Numbered from the stretch's first letter, positions 22,401-35,644 are shown. The stretch is 64,000 nt of DNA from Felis catus (GCF_018350175.1 NC_058368.1:145950001-146014000); one strand, 5' to 3'. Made by a program: numbers and translations. The notes: generated from the letters alone by a model not told the origin.

Positions 22401-24953
22401 GTTATGATGCAAAAAACTGTAATAGCCCTCCAAGCTGCCCTTGGTATTCCACCAATGTTCTCATTTGGTTATGTAGCTAGCACTCAAGAAATTTTCAAAT
22501 GATCTAGAAAAAACAGTATTCCCGGGAAGATGAGATTGTTGTTGTGACAAAAATTTGAACACACACACATACACACACACACACACATTCATTAATTATA
22601 GATACTACTATTATTCCTGTTTCCAGCTTCCCATTCATCTGAGTTTTTACTTTAACCAGATACCCTGATTTTTCTTTTTGCATACCAATAAACTCTTAAA
22701 TAATATAATTTCTATGCCATGTGCAAGTTTAAATAAGGTCACATTTTATTTTAATTTTTAAAATACGGTACAAAGGGCTTAAGGGAAATTTTTTGGTTTT
22801 TGTCCAAAATGTACTTGAAGTAACTGAGTGCTCTTTGTGTTGTGTTGTAGTATATTCATACCCTAATGGACATCTCCAGTCTATTGACATTTTGGATAGA
22901 AGAGGATCAATCTTGGTCAAACAATGTCTTTTTGATGGAGATATTCTTTTACTTGTGTTAGTCTTGATTCAAAGCATACTTCTGTCTTTTATGATTAATA
23001 CTACATTTAGCCAGATATCTTTGTTTTTGGATCACTAATATAGAATATCTACAAGTGGTTTTGAAGATGCAAGATGTTAAAATATTAGAAATTCTTAGGT
23101 ATTCCTTTTGGACATTAGTAGAAGTATTATTGAATCAATACCAAGTATGGTTGTCTTTATGAATCTCAAAGGGATTTTCTTTTGGATTGAATTAAATGGT
23201 CTTTTTGGATTCCTATTCTCTCACCCATTGTTCATACTATACATTTCAGCTGAGATTGCTTAAAACCATGCATAAACTCTTTCCCACCCTGGGTTCTGAG
23301 ACTGGTACTTTTCTAAGTCCTCCTAGATCAGTCCTACTAGATCAGGTGAGGTAGTTTCTAGTCAACCTTACCTAGTGCTGTTCTGCATTATGCTCTGTTG
23401 TTGTTGTTTTCTTTTTACATAATATACAGGTATTATTAAAAATTTTAAGATAAAAATAAGAGTGTAAATGTATATTGAAAGGATTTGGCAAATATCTCAG
23501 AGACCAGCTATGTAGGGAAGACAGTTACAGAACAAGATATTAAAGCAAAAAGTAGACCTTCTGTTCCCAGAGCTCCCACTATGAGGGCATGTGTGGGAGA
23601 AGTTTCCTTTTTACCAAGACAGCTGGTAGAAGAAAAAGGTCCCCAAACACAGCATCTGAATCATCCAGGAAGATTTATTAATATTCATATCTCCATCCCC
23701 ATTATAAAAAAAAAATTAACAGGGCTGAGATAGGACCCAGGAAACTGACTTAGTAAAAAAAAAATCAGATAATTTGAATGCATAGCTGGGTATGCATTTG
23801 AATGCATAGAAACAAGTGACATGTTCTCTCCGCAAAGCTCCATTTCTGAACTCTGTTTTCTTTGGAGAATTATTTTCCAAATAGAGATTGTATTATTCCG
23901 GAGCAGCACACTGTTGCTTTCTCCTGTGGAGGTAGCTATTTTGACCTAAGTAGTTGCTCACAGAAAATTAGGACTGAAAGCCCACAAGGCAGGAGTACAT
24001 AGCACAATCTCTACTTCGTGCTGGAGGGGGCATTCCTGGATAAGGTTTGTCATCATCTGATCAGGACTGTATTTTTCCCAACTTAAAATGTATATGCCAC
24101 TTTCTCCTAACTACTGGGCATCCATTTCTTCTGAAGTCCTTCCTCCAGAAGCCACTGACTTCAGAAGTGAACTCAAGATGATGCCACACAGCTAATTTTT
24201 CTGATTCTTCAAAACCTATTTCTGTCCCTTTCATCTACTACCGATTTTGTCTGCCATTCCTCTTTACCTCATTAAGGAGGAAGTGTTCCTAGATGAAATT
24301 TGTCAAAATTCAACCAATATTGTATTGTAACAAGAAAGAGACTACCTTTTCTTTTTATAACTGGGAAGTAAATGTGAGGAAGGGATTCCATCTGCTACCA
24401 AATGGGTAATTCTCCTATTGACGCTGGATTCTTCTGTTTCAGTGTGATTGTTGACATCCCCAGCCACATCCCTTGTGGGTGTAGTGATGAGTATCCGCTG
24501 AGGGAAGTAGATATTCACAACTGTCAGTTATGCTAAGAAGTGGATGCAGGAACAGCAAATAAGGAAATGGTAGGCAGACCAACTTTAGTCTTGAGGAAAG
24601 CCTAGGATAAGAAGGTTCTCTGAGTCTTAGCCTGGAACAGATGATCTCAGGAGTTCCTTGATCAGAGAAAAAGGACATCAGCTGAAGAGACACACCAAGA
24701 ACTAAGATGAGAGGAAAGCTTATAGCTGGCCAGGGAAGGGCCTATGGCCTGGCATGGAAGCATCATGCAGGGTTTTCCTCAGGAGGAGTTGGGACTGTGC
24801 AGGGTCAATCCTATAGGTAGGCAGCCACTTCTGTGTCTCTGTGTTATAATTCTTTTCTATTAACTTGCAACCTTTACTAAAGTCTTGATAAACTTTACAG
24901 ACTAATCTTGGATATACAGGGGGTGAGGGAGCAGGAAAGGAATAAGGCTTGCA

Positions 24954-25240
24954 TTGTCCAGGACTTTCTGGGTTGCAAATGACAGGAAATAACTCATATT
25001 CACTTAAGGTCACTTATAAATTCACCTAAAGGTCATTTCTTGACTCCCGAAAGTATAAAGTCAAGAAGGCAGCTGGATTAATTCTTTGCTGGATCTAGAA
25101 ATGAGGATGGTGTTGCCAGGGTCCTCCCTCTGTCTCTGGGCTCTGCTTTTTTCCATGATGCTGCATTGTCCCCCTCCTGCTATAACCTTTCCCATGGTGG
25201 CAGAGGTGGCAGCCCAGTGGCACCCAGTGGCAGCCCTGAG
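24954..25240 (-). mobile_element. Old MaLR LTR fragment (MLT1K/L-like)
   Basis: caggactttctgggttgcaaatgacaggaaataactca..gctggatctag..ctctgtctctgggctctgctttt. Confidence 0.55.
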
Positions 25241-25243
25241 TCC

Positions 25244-25286
25244 TTGTTTGTTTTTTGTTTTGTTTTTGTTTTTGTTTTTGTTTTTG
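25244..25286. repeat. (TTTTG/TTTTTG)n simple repeat
   Basis: Seen directly. Confidence 0.9.
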
Positions 25287-28263
25287 TATGGACAACCAAA
25301 CATTTGAATCCCACTTCCAAAAAAAGAAAAAAAAATCTTCCATATTCTGGGTTCTTTATGCTTCATATGGGAAAGACAACAAAAGGAAACGGAGCTCCTA
25401 AATTTAAAAAGAACATCATGAATATGACAAACTGCCTTCCTTGTGAGTTAGAGGAGATCTAGGTATAGAGATTGCAAATGTTATCAAACATATTACCACT
25501 GTAAACTGCAATGTCAAATTCTGAAAATAAAACTCAAGAAACTTCTTATGAATTTTAAGGTAATCGCAGCAAGAAAAGGAATATGGTCAGGACCTAACAC
25601 AAGAATGCAAAAATGGTCAATTATTAGAAAAAAATTAGTGAGTTGAAAAAAGGGCCTTGAAAAGAAGTAACTCTGTTTTATATACATAAAGTGCCATTTC
25701 TGTTTTCCTCTCAAAAGTCAGGCTTTTTTAGCTGCTATGACCTTCTTCCCTCTACAAATGGTGATAATCAATAGGAATATGAAATTACTATAGAAATAGG
25801 ATTATTATTCCTGTTGTGAGGCCTCCTTTCCTTCAGGCATCATAATTTCATGTGGAGGAATTTAGGATGAACACTTCTGGCCTCTCTCTGCCCGTCCCTT
25901 ACTCCTGCCCAGGGAAGGAGAGACTAGACCCAGGGGCCTCAGAGCCCTTCTGGATCGGCTCATCACATTACCTGGTCTGTGCTCCACTAGGCTTCTGGGG
26001 CTTGCCCCTTCTGGGCAGCCCGGCAGATGCCCAGTTTTCTCAGGAAACGATGGGCATGTCTGGCTAATTCTGGAATATACTATTACAAGCCCTTTTAGCT
26101 GTAGATCTAAACTCACATTGTCCAGTTTATCAGTAGCAAAAGCGGTAATTTGACCTCTGCCAAACTCTTGGATTTATCTCCCAATTCTGGTCGAGAATTC
26201 AGGTAGGAAGGAGATGGAAGCTAGGTATCAATCCCCCTAAGACCCCAACATTATTATTACAGTAAACCATAATAAAATTCATAAAATGAAGGACTGTGTC
26301 TTCTAAAGTTGTTTTTCACAGTAGCAAGTACACGAACACATAAAAATGGTGTTTGAAAGTGTTGTTTCCAACACTGAATTGGAACAGATGCCAAATAGTT
26401 TTCCTCCCTGTGGACCAAAAAGAGGAGAGTAAATCAGGCTAAAATCCAATGTACATTTCCAGCTCTCATGGGACCTTAGAGCAGCCCCAAGACAATCAAC
26501 AACTTTACTACCAACATTCCGCTTTACTAATACTTGTCTTTTGTCTTTATTTTTCTAAAGAGTTTACAATTTGACCAATCCAAAAAAAATATTGCACAAA
26601 TATTTTTCCTTTTGTTTTATTCTAAATCCCACTTCGATCTGTGGATGCCAGTTTTGTGCTTATAAGGAGAAAGAATATATTCCATTTCACAAATTGGCCC
26701 ACTCTCTTGAGTCCCTTATGTACCGCTTTTCTCAGTTCCTTGTAATGTGGTTTGCTTTGCAGTTGAAACGAAAATGCCACATCCTCTGGATTTTTGGGTG
26801 TGATCCAAAATTGCTTTCAAGGATCCCTCTGGTCTTTTGGCAAAGGGAAATCTCAGCAGACTAGATGATTGAAATAGCATGACCCCAAGAGAACTGGACA
26901 CTAAGCAGTGCGCTTAGCTGCTGAAGTGAGCTCGTTTAGTTACTTAGGAAACAATGCAGAATTAAAAAGTAATAATTACGTATAAGAGCCACTCCTCCCA
27001 TTTGTTTTAGATTGATTTTCTTTGTTTTTCCCAGTTGCTTAGACTTGTTCCACTTCTAAGTCAATTAAGAATTCTAGACTCTGGTAATGGGAAAAGCCTT
27101 TTAATTTATCACCTCCATCCCTTGGCTGGTCTCCTCGTGTGTGGACATAGACATGTACCACCAGCACAGCATCACGTACAAAATAGACCAGGGAACAAAC
27201 CCACTCCCGCACGTCATTTTTATTATCGAGTATTAATTTTCTCACCCACACATGGCTATGAGGATTCACAGAAGATCTTTGAGGAGTTAGAGGTTTCTGT
27301 TTGTTCATCAGCTTCATCTAGAAAGAAGAGTGTAGAAAAAGCAGCAGAGTCTGAGTAAATTTCCTCCCTCCCATTGTCCTGATTCAAAGTGCATACGACA
27401 CGTTTACTTCTAGAAAGAACTTAGCTACCACAACTAAGTTTACTAAAGAAAGCAGCTTCAATATGTAGGGTATCCTTCTAGCATTTTACACTCTCCATGG
27501 CTTCCTTCCTACTAATTCTCTGCCTCTGGATGTTTTTTCTCCTCTGAAAAGAGTTTGTGGCGGCTGATGAGTGGACAGCAGGGATACTTCTCTAATCCAG
27601 TCTTGGGAATTGAAGAGCTACTGGTTGAGTCTTGAGTGCCTTTTGAACTTAATGGCCTCACTTAGCCAGCTGTTTATAGTTGACATGTTGGTCAACTATA
27701 TGTTGTATATAGTTGATATAGTTATTTATTCCTACCTGCTTCATGTACTTGCTTCACCATCTTTTTAGTGTCTTCTCTTCTGCTCTTGTTGACACCTTGC
27801 ATAGCGTGAGCATGGACATAAATTTACTAGATGGACCACAGCCCACGCTGATGGTAGTGGAAAAGCAGCACCATCTCAATTCTGAGTCCCAGATCTGTCT
27901 CCACAATCCAGTAGTAGGGTTGACTTTCTTTTGTGTTTCTGCTACTTTAAGTTGATTATAGAAAGGGGCTTGACCAAAAAGCCATTGTTCCTCAAGAAAA
28001 GTGGTTTTTAAACATAGCGTGAATCATTTTGAAAATCCTAGATTTCTGAAACTCAGGTTCTAGATTGCAACCTCTGTGATCACAGAGGCTCTGGTTGTCC
28101 TTTCAGATTGCACAAACCTCCTCCAGTGTCTCAAATGTAAATTCCTGGCCAGAGGTAAAAACAGCAAGCAAATACAGTCCTTACCCTCTGATACTACCTA
28201 GTTTGCCTCCAATTTTCCTGTCCTGTGAATACTTCTGGTTTTCTCCCACTTCTTGTGGCTAAC

Positions 28264-28304
<41 letters not shown>
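28264..28304. repeat. (CA)n microsatellite
   Basis: Seen directly. Confidence 0.95.
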
Positions 28305-28306
<2 letters not shown>

Positions 28307-28429
28307 CCCTGGAAATACAGTCGTGCCATTTTCTTTTCTCTCAGGCTAGTCAATGATAAGAAACATATTTGAAAGCCAAATAGAACAAAGCTAACCTCCT
28401 TTATGGCTAACACACAAGATGCTATTTAG

Positions 28430-28870
28430 AAAAACGTTGATCCAATCACCACTGGCTCTGTTAAATAAGGGATCCCTAATGTGGCCCATGATCAAATTCA
28501 CTTCCTCGTTAAGAGCATGAGGATAAGTTAAGACAGAGCCTCCTTTGTTTAAAAGAGGCTGTGTGAACTCTGCCACGAGTCCCCAGACACCCCTAAGTCC
28601 TCTGTTCTGAACATGTAATTAATTCGTAAGAAACCAGGTACCACAGCAGCCGCGGTTTGACAGTAGATTCATTCAGCACCCGCCAGATGTGAAAGGCTTT
28701 CAAAGTGAGCAAACGGCGCGCCTATTGCCCGGAGAAGCAGGAGCCAGTAACCTCTGGTTTGCAGCCTTACCGTCACCCGGTAATGCCATTTCTAATGTAT
28801 TTCAATTCACTCTAACAGTCACAGATGTTTTTGCAAAACCAAAGGTTATTGATTAACCCATAGCAGGTAG
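28430..28870. promoter_or_regulatory. CpG-retaining enhancer/promoter-like element in unique DNA
   Basis: 10 CpGs in 28625-28779 against a CpG-poor background; CCAAT, ETS, GATA, TAATTA, RUNX, E-box and TCF-like motifs. Confidence 0.5.
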
Positions 28871-29863
28871 GAGGTCCCTATTTGAGTTCTTACATTTTTT
28901 AGCCTAAGATAACTTAAAAACCACCCGCTAGCAAATCCTCATGTCACTTGTATTTCACTATTTTTCATGCTCTTTTTCAAAGACAAGTAAAGAGCTATTT
29001 TCAAGGATTAAAGGAAAAACATTTTCTTTAAACATTGTACGCTATGTTCAGAGAATTTGCTTTATGGAGAGGAGTGATTCAAATTTCCTATGGGAAGACT
29101 CCATTAGAATGTCACTAGATTCACTTCTATTAAACCTCTATTACCAATCTGGAAGATGCAGAAAATGTCTTTCTTTTATATTTTGCAATGACACAAAGCT
29201 ACAAGAAATACTGAACATAATAAGATAATTGAAGGTGAAAAACCATCTTGACATCAAAATCAATAATACAAAATTCGTCAGCAATAAATATGAAAACTTA
29301 CGTTCAGAATTTAAAAGTCACTTATGCAAAAACAAGATAAAAGAGACTAAGCTTCTAAGTTTACTAAGAATTGGCAATATGTTTTGTCTATTTAAAAATC
29401 TAACATAATTTTAGACTATGTTAATAAAAGGTCATTTGTACATCAGACATTTTGTAGTCTACCCTAGCTAGAACATGTCTGCAATATTAGGTTTATCTCT
29501 GGACACTGCATTTTAAGAGTGACGTGGATTGTGCAGAAAGTGCAAATGGCAAGGAATTTGGAAACTTCGTCAGCTAGTGTTAAATAAAATGAGTAGACAC
29601 TCAACCAGTGCGTAAATATACTGTGTAGCATCCATGCCTGATGGTCATTTGTTTTTGACTAGAATATGTTTAATTACAAGGATCTCTTTACTCTGCATTA
29701 TTGCGCAGTTCACATTTTTAAAGTATTTTCTAACTCTGCCTTCTGTTAGTGCACTTTTCAATCCTACATTATTAGTAACCTATTTCTCTTGACAAGCCAT
29801 TATAGATTTGAAAGCCTATTATAACTATTTCAGAGTATTTCAAGAAATATTTTTTTCCCTCAG

Positions 29864-29940
29864 AAAAATCACCTTATGAGAAAAATGTATCAATACAGTA
29901 ATGAATGAAGATGTTCCTGAGCTATATTTAAAATGCCATG
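29864..29940 (+). other. Candidate spliced exon (77 nt), stops in all three frames
   Basis: tttttttccctcag acceptor ending 29863; consensus donor ATG|GTAAGT at 29940/29941. Confidence 0.35.
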
Positions 29941-30367
29941 GTAAGTACAAATTGTAATTCTCAGAGGTTACTATAATTTTGGGTGGATAATCAAAAAATT
30001 GTTTTAAACTTCATCAGTTCTTATGCTTTGTCATTTGAGAACCTGGGCTGAGCTTTAAACATAGCACATTTATATGATGGGACAAACCTTAATGACTACG
30101 AGATTCTCCTCAGAGTTCATCTTCTCTCTGGTCAATTTCATGACTCAAGAGAGCTGGAGCTGGTAGTTGGGAATGAGCTGATTTTTGTCTTTAAGGATAT
30201 ATAAAATATAAATCATATCCTGACTATGAAGGTCATAAGTTACCATTTAAGTTGGCTCTGTTTACTCTTTACTTCCCTAAAGACCTACCACAAAATGATG
30301 AAGAAAAATCTATGGAAGATAATGAATTTTCATGTTACACCATGTTCTTAATTATTTAAAGTCTACT

Positions 30368-30408
30368 GAGAGAGAGAGAGTGAGAGAAAGAGAGAGAAAG
30401 AAAAAGAG
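30368..30408. repeat. (GA)n-rich simple repeat
   Basis: Seen directly. Confidence 0.85.
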
Positions 30409-33400
30409 ATACTTGGACAGACTGAGATCAAGTCACAGAAAAAGGAAGAATGGACAGGAGTCAGGAGCTAAAGGAGTCAGAATTTGAAGCGGTGCTAATA
30501 CTCCTAAGTATCATTACTAAGCTTGTTACAAAATTCACACATCAACCCTTATCTATTAAATTTTAAATTTGCCTCTGACAAAGACAGTGACCTGAAAGGC
30601 AGTCCAGAGTCCTTAGACTTAACTCCCAGAAGGTAATTTGTTACCCGACACTCCACATAGTTCACACAGCATCTGATGGTTCCAAGGAGGATCTTCAGTG
30701 TATTTCTAGCAAGAGCAGAAGATATTTCTTTGGCTTCCAAATTCAAAGAGACTAGTATATATAAATTTTGTTGCCCTTGAATTTTTCTGAATCTTATTGG
30801 CACTAGGCAAATTTTAAGTTCCCCGGAGGTCCATTTGAGGACTGAAGATGTCCCCATGTATGAAAGGGGTTCTGGGTCATAAAGAGGAAAGAAAAGAAAA
30901 GAGAAAGGGAACCACATGGAGACCTCATACCACTTGGGTGGGAGCGCTGACAGGCAGTAGCTGAAGGGGAGTTTGTGGTTATTGCCCTGTTAACAGGTCC
31001 CTCTGGAAATCCATCATTGGAGGGGGAGTCCCGAAGCAAGGTGTGGGAATTGAAAAAATGGAAAACAGGAAATGCACACCAACAATAAAAAGTAGACTTT
31101 TTAATGAAAAACATATCTATAACGTCCAGTGTTTCAGCCATAAGAGATGTAAAATTCTTGGAAACATTTATTAGTGAGAAGAGCGAGCCACACTTTAGGT
31201 TCCTTATAATGATCTCATCTTCAAAGGGAAGGATAAGGAGAAAATGCATAGAATGAAAAATTTTACCCATAAATATATAATATCATATGAAATCTATTTC
31301 AAAGCATTGTACAGAATTCATATCCTTGATACTTACAATGCTGCAGTTAATTAGCTAGGCTACATGAAAAAAAATGAAAAATGAGAGAACAATGAAATGA
31401 AACCGATGCCAAAGGATCCTGGAATGAGAACAAAGACAAGGAAATGAAGCAATTGGCAGCTACAGAGCAGTAATCCATCCATAGGCAAATTTCAGATGAT
31501 AACTCAGAAATATTTGCTCAACATTTCTTTTGTTTAGGACTATCCTAAATAAGTAAAGAAAACCATCTAAAAATTCATCCAAATAGGTAAGAAGCTAAAG
31601 AACAAATAAAGCTATTTGTCTTCACTCATGAATGCGTACCTGAATAAAAAATAACCGTGGGTGAATTCGGTTTCGGCATAGAGGATTTAGAAATGACATA
31701 ACCTTTTAGGGTTTTGAATTGCATTTCTGAGAATATGATCATGCAGGAATTAAAGATACTCTTCCTTTCTTTCTCTTTCAATCTGTGTCTTAAGAACAGG
31801 GGACCTTTGTTACATACTCTCGCATACTCAGCACATACATGGGGAACATCCTGTGTGACTTAGATGAAATAACCTCCTGGTGTCACTAGCCACTCCCCTA
31901 CAAAATGACACTGAGAATACTGAGTCACCCTAAGCATGGCCTTTGGGATCAATTGGTTATTAAAATGGTTTTAAGAAAGCTCAAGTGTTATATGTTATTT
32001 AGTAATTATTGAACAACCTTAATTTCAGGTTCTTTTTTTTCCCATTTATATCTCACAAGTTTAAAGAAAAGTGGCAGAAAGTTTCCCCATATTGGAAGTG
32101 CTAGAGTGGCTGGAGGAAATGAGTCATCAAGATAATTTATGATCTTTCCCATAACTTGCAGTGCACAGAACATAGTAATCCTTTGTTATCCAGGCCACTC
32201 AATGACCAAACTCCAGGACCTTGATGGAATATAATTAAAATAGGATTTCTGTAGACTCAAGTCTCTGCTGCATATCCCAAAATGGCTTTACCTCATCGCA
32301 ATATGCACATTTAATAATATTTACTGTTTTTTTCTTTCCTACTACATGATCACATGAAGCTAGTCTCAGTAAGAAATTACTTTTTAAATGAATAAAATAA
32401 AGTTCTTAGTTTCTAAGAACTTATTGGTAGGAGAGAAAGAGAAGCCCCAAAGAGCTAAAATACTCAGGAAATATGCTAAGAGTCACTGGAGAGACTGAAA
32501 CTATTAGAAGGGAGAGAGAGAGTTAATTTGCATTCAAACCAGGGATTTTTACTTAGTTGTTTAGTTTTTTTTTTGTTTTGTTTTAAAATCAGAAGATTCT
32601 GGATCAATATGGAAAAAATTCTAATGAGTTGTGGTCTTTAAAACTCTTGATATTCAGGAAGCCAAAAGGATATTCTTCAACTTATTTCTGGGGGGCTGGG
32701 GGGATGTTCAGTGATTTAAGGAATCTAAGAATTGGGTAGAGCCTTATATTTTTTAAAGAAGTTTTATTTTTTCTACAGGTTTGTAAAATTTCACTTTGTG
32801 AATGCATTTCTAGGTCCAATACGTATTACCTTAAATATTTTCTCACCACTGAAATGTGATTCAGCCTGATTGGGTATTAAGGGGTGTCCTCCAGGCCCAG
32901 AGCAATGATAGCTTTTCACATCCTGTCTTCTTGTAATCACCCCATCATAAAGCACTTATCCTTAACACCTCAGAAAATTGGGCAAGCCCTGTCCTTTTGT
33001 CTGCCACATTATTTATCACAGAGATGCAGCACATTGACAATTCCAGACACCACGCATGGGAAAAGGAATTTCTAAAGTAACACATCAACCTCCCTTTGAG
33101 CAACAGGAAACTCCATTCTGTGTGAGAATATTTGCTGAGTCAAACTCTGGTTTGGTAAAATATTTTGTTGGGTGGATCTAATTCAACCCTTTAAAAAGTC
33201 ATCTGACTCACTCCATGGAAAACACATTTTGGACATTGTTAAGCCCTGGCTGTGCTAGCCCATTACCTGCCCTTCTGGAGACCTTAGACCACATATCTGT
33301 ACATGTGTATGTGCATATGTGTACCACACACAGTTCTGTATTACCTGAGGTCATCTCTCAGTTGCTCAGTGGAACGCTAAATGCATTTTCCTAAAAGTTG

Positions 33401-33596
33401 GGTATTCGCCAAAGTATGAAAATCGTAAAAATTTAAAATATTTTCTTCCATTTCTAGACAGTGAGCCCCAGTTTTTAGTTTAGAAAGTATATACCATGAT
33501 GCTACTGACCTGCCATCAGTACAGCGTATGCTCTTGGCAATCTAGTGCTAATCAATCCAACTTACTCATCTGTGAATAATAAATGGAATTTTAAGA

Positions 33597-33992
33597 TGCC
33601 CTGCCTAGATTTTGTGGGGTGACCCAATCAGGTAGAGGCTGGAAGCATAGGAGGTGAAAGAATTTATGCAAAGCAGAACAAAGGAGATGCGAGTTTACTG
33701 AATACATTGCAAAGGAGCAGCAGGCAGGATAGCAAAGGAGAGACTGCAAGGAGACAGTGGTGGGGGGCTGTAATTAAGTGGGGGAGTGAGGAGGTATGGG
33801 AGTGTATGAAATTTTCCTTTTATGGTACCTGTGCCTGGTTGTAAGTAGCCCACTGGTCAGCTAGGGCTTACAGATATTTTGAGGTGCTGGCCTAATAAGC
33901 CTATTTGCGTTCAACCCAGTGGTCACTGTGGGCCCTTTTGCCTCACTCAGGTTTCCATTGCTCAAGCCTGTTGCCTAAAAGTGGCTTCTACA
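33597..33992 (-). mobile_element. Carnivore ERV solo LTR (CarLTR-like)
   Basis: ~395-bp TG...CA bounded segment (tgccctgcctagattt..cagaacaaaggagat..gcctaaaagtggcttctaca) resembling carnivore ERV1 LTRs; no clean TSD seen. Confidence 0.65.
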
Positions 33993-34509
33993 GATCTTGC
34001 GAAATTTATCTACTGCAATGGGTTGGAACCAAGTTATGACCACTACAGGGAACAATAAGGGGCAAAGAGGGATATGTGGTTTCCTAAAATTACGTGCTGA
34101 ATAATTGGGAAAGAGTAAGATACACATAAATCTCATATAGGACAGAGATTCCAAAAGAATCACTGTAATCACAATACTGGACCTCTGCGTCTCCATCTCT
34201 GAGATGTTTATAATCTCTTTTGTATAAAAGCTTTTCCAAAGTCTGATTCTTTTAAGGCATCTAATTTGTGCTCCTATGTGCTGCTTCCCACACTTAGCAC
34301 TCCTTTTTGGAAAGATTTCTACAGCATGTAGGCCTGATTTTTAAGTGGAATGTAAGTAAGAATTGTTAATTAGCCACGGTGGTTATTAAACATAGAAACA
34401 CTTAGACCTGCTAATTCAGGTCTTAATTCTAATGGTGCATTCATCAAATTAACAATTAATCAATAATTATTTCCTTACTTAAAGGGTGAAGTGAGGTGGA
34501 GGAAGCAGT

Positions 34510-34740
34510 ATTAATCTTCTTTAAATAGTCTACTATGGGTTATGCATTTTACACACAGTATCTTACTCCCAATTCATGACAAATGCTATTCTTAGCCCCG
34601 TTTTGCTAATGAGAAGGAAATGGAGACTCAAAAGAAATTAATAACCAGCCTGAGGTCACAGGGCTAATAGTCAGCAGAGCTGGAACTTGAATTTTGGTGG
34701 GTCACAAAATCCAGGCTCTTTTTAAAACACTAAGCTGCCT
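34510..34740 (-). mobile_element. MIR SINE
   Basis: tagccccgttttgctaatgag..gcctgaggtcacagggctaatagtcagcagagctggaacttgaa. Confidence 0.7.
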
Positions 34741-35644
34741 CCTTATTATCCCAGTTGAGTTGCTATTGCCCAAATGAAGAACGGTAAACCCAAAACATAA
34801 AACCAAGGAAAGATGGGGGGTGAGAATGTCCCTGTATGATCCACATTTATTTTGTTCCTTCCTGGCAGCTCAAATAACCATAGAATCCCTGGTGATCCTA
34901 AGCATTTGAAGATGAATGCATGAGGTATGGAAAGTACTTGCACTGAAGAGCCAACTGATCAGCTAATCATTCCAACATGTAGTACATAGCAGCCTCCACC
35001 GTACTGCATGCCCAGAGAAAATGAAATAGAGAAGAAAGAAAGTACCACAGCTCCTTTTATTGGAGCAGAAACATGAAAGAGAAGGTTAAGCAATAACACA
35101 TATGAACATTCATTTGCAATTACTTCTCTTCTAACTTAATGTAGGGCCTTGGGTTATACAATAAACTAGCAGTTTGGGCACTTCAAGGCATAATAACTTC
35201 CTCTCTTTTCATAGATCAGAGTCAGAGAATAACTCTCCCAAGTCGCATGTCCCCATAAGCCTCTACAATAAGCCTTTTGGTGCTGAATGGTCTGTATTTT
35301 TTAGCCTTCTAAGTGACCTTCTAACACTTTCCTTCAAAACCTCATGCCTGTGGTTTCCTAAATCTTCCAGAGATCTTTTTCTTAGGAACTGCTTTCCTTT
35401 TTTTTTAAATTTTGCACCACTCCCTCTAATTAATGACAGTACGAAATTTACCAGTTGGGAATCTTCTTAAAGATGACATACAAATCAATTATTTGGGATT
35501 AAAATGAATTTCCTAAATGGTTATGTATCCAGATGAATGTATAGTTAATAAATGATCTCTCTGAGCTATGGAACTGAAATACCATCCAACCTATCTCTAG
35601 ACATCATTTATAGCATTGTTTTTATCAGGAAAAATGTATTCTCA

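Noticed and set aside
24128..24167. 11-bp inverted repeat cttctgaagtc / gacttcagaag
   Set aside because: About one such repeat is expected by chance in 64 kb; the stem is too short for a pre-miRNA.
28071..28088. Perfect 18-bp palindrome cctctgtgatcacagagg
   Set aside because: Chance expectation is roughly 64000/4^9, about 0.25 per window; no associated structure.
30803..31270. 155-aa minus-strand ORF
   Set aside because: No recognisable domain, Phe/Ile-rich composition typical of non-coding AT-rich DNA, no exon-like boundaries.
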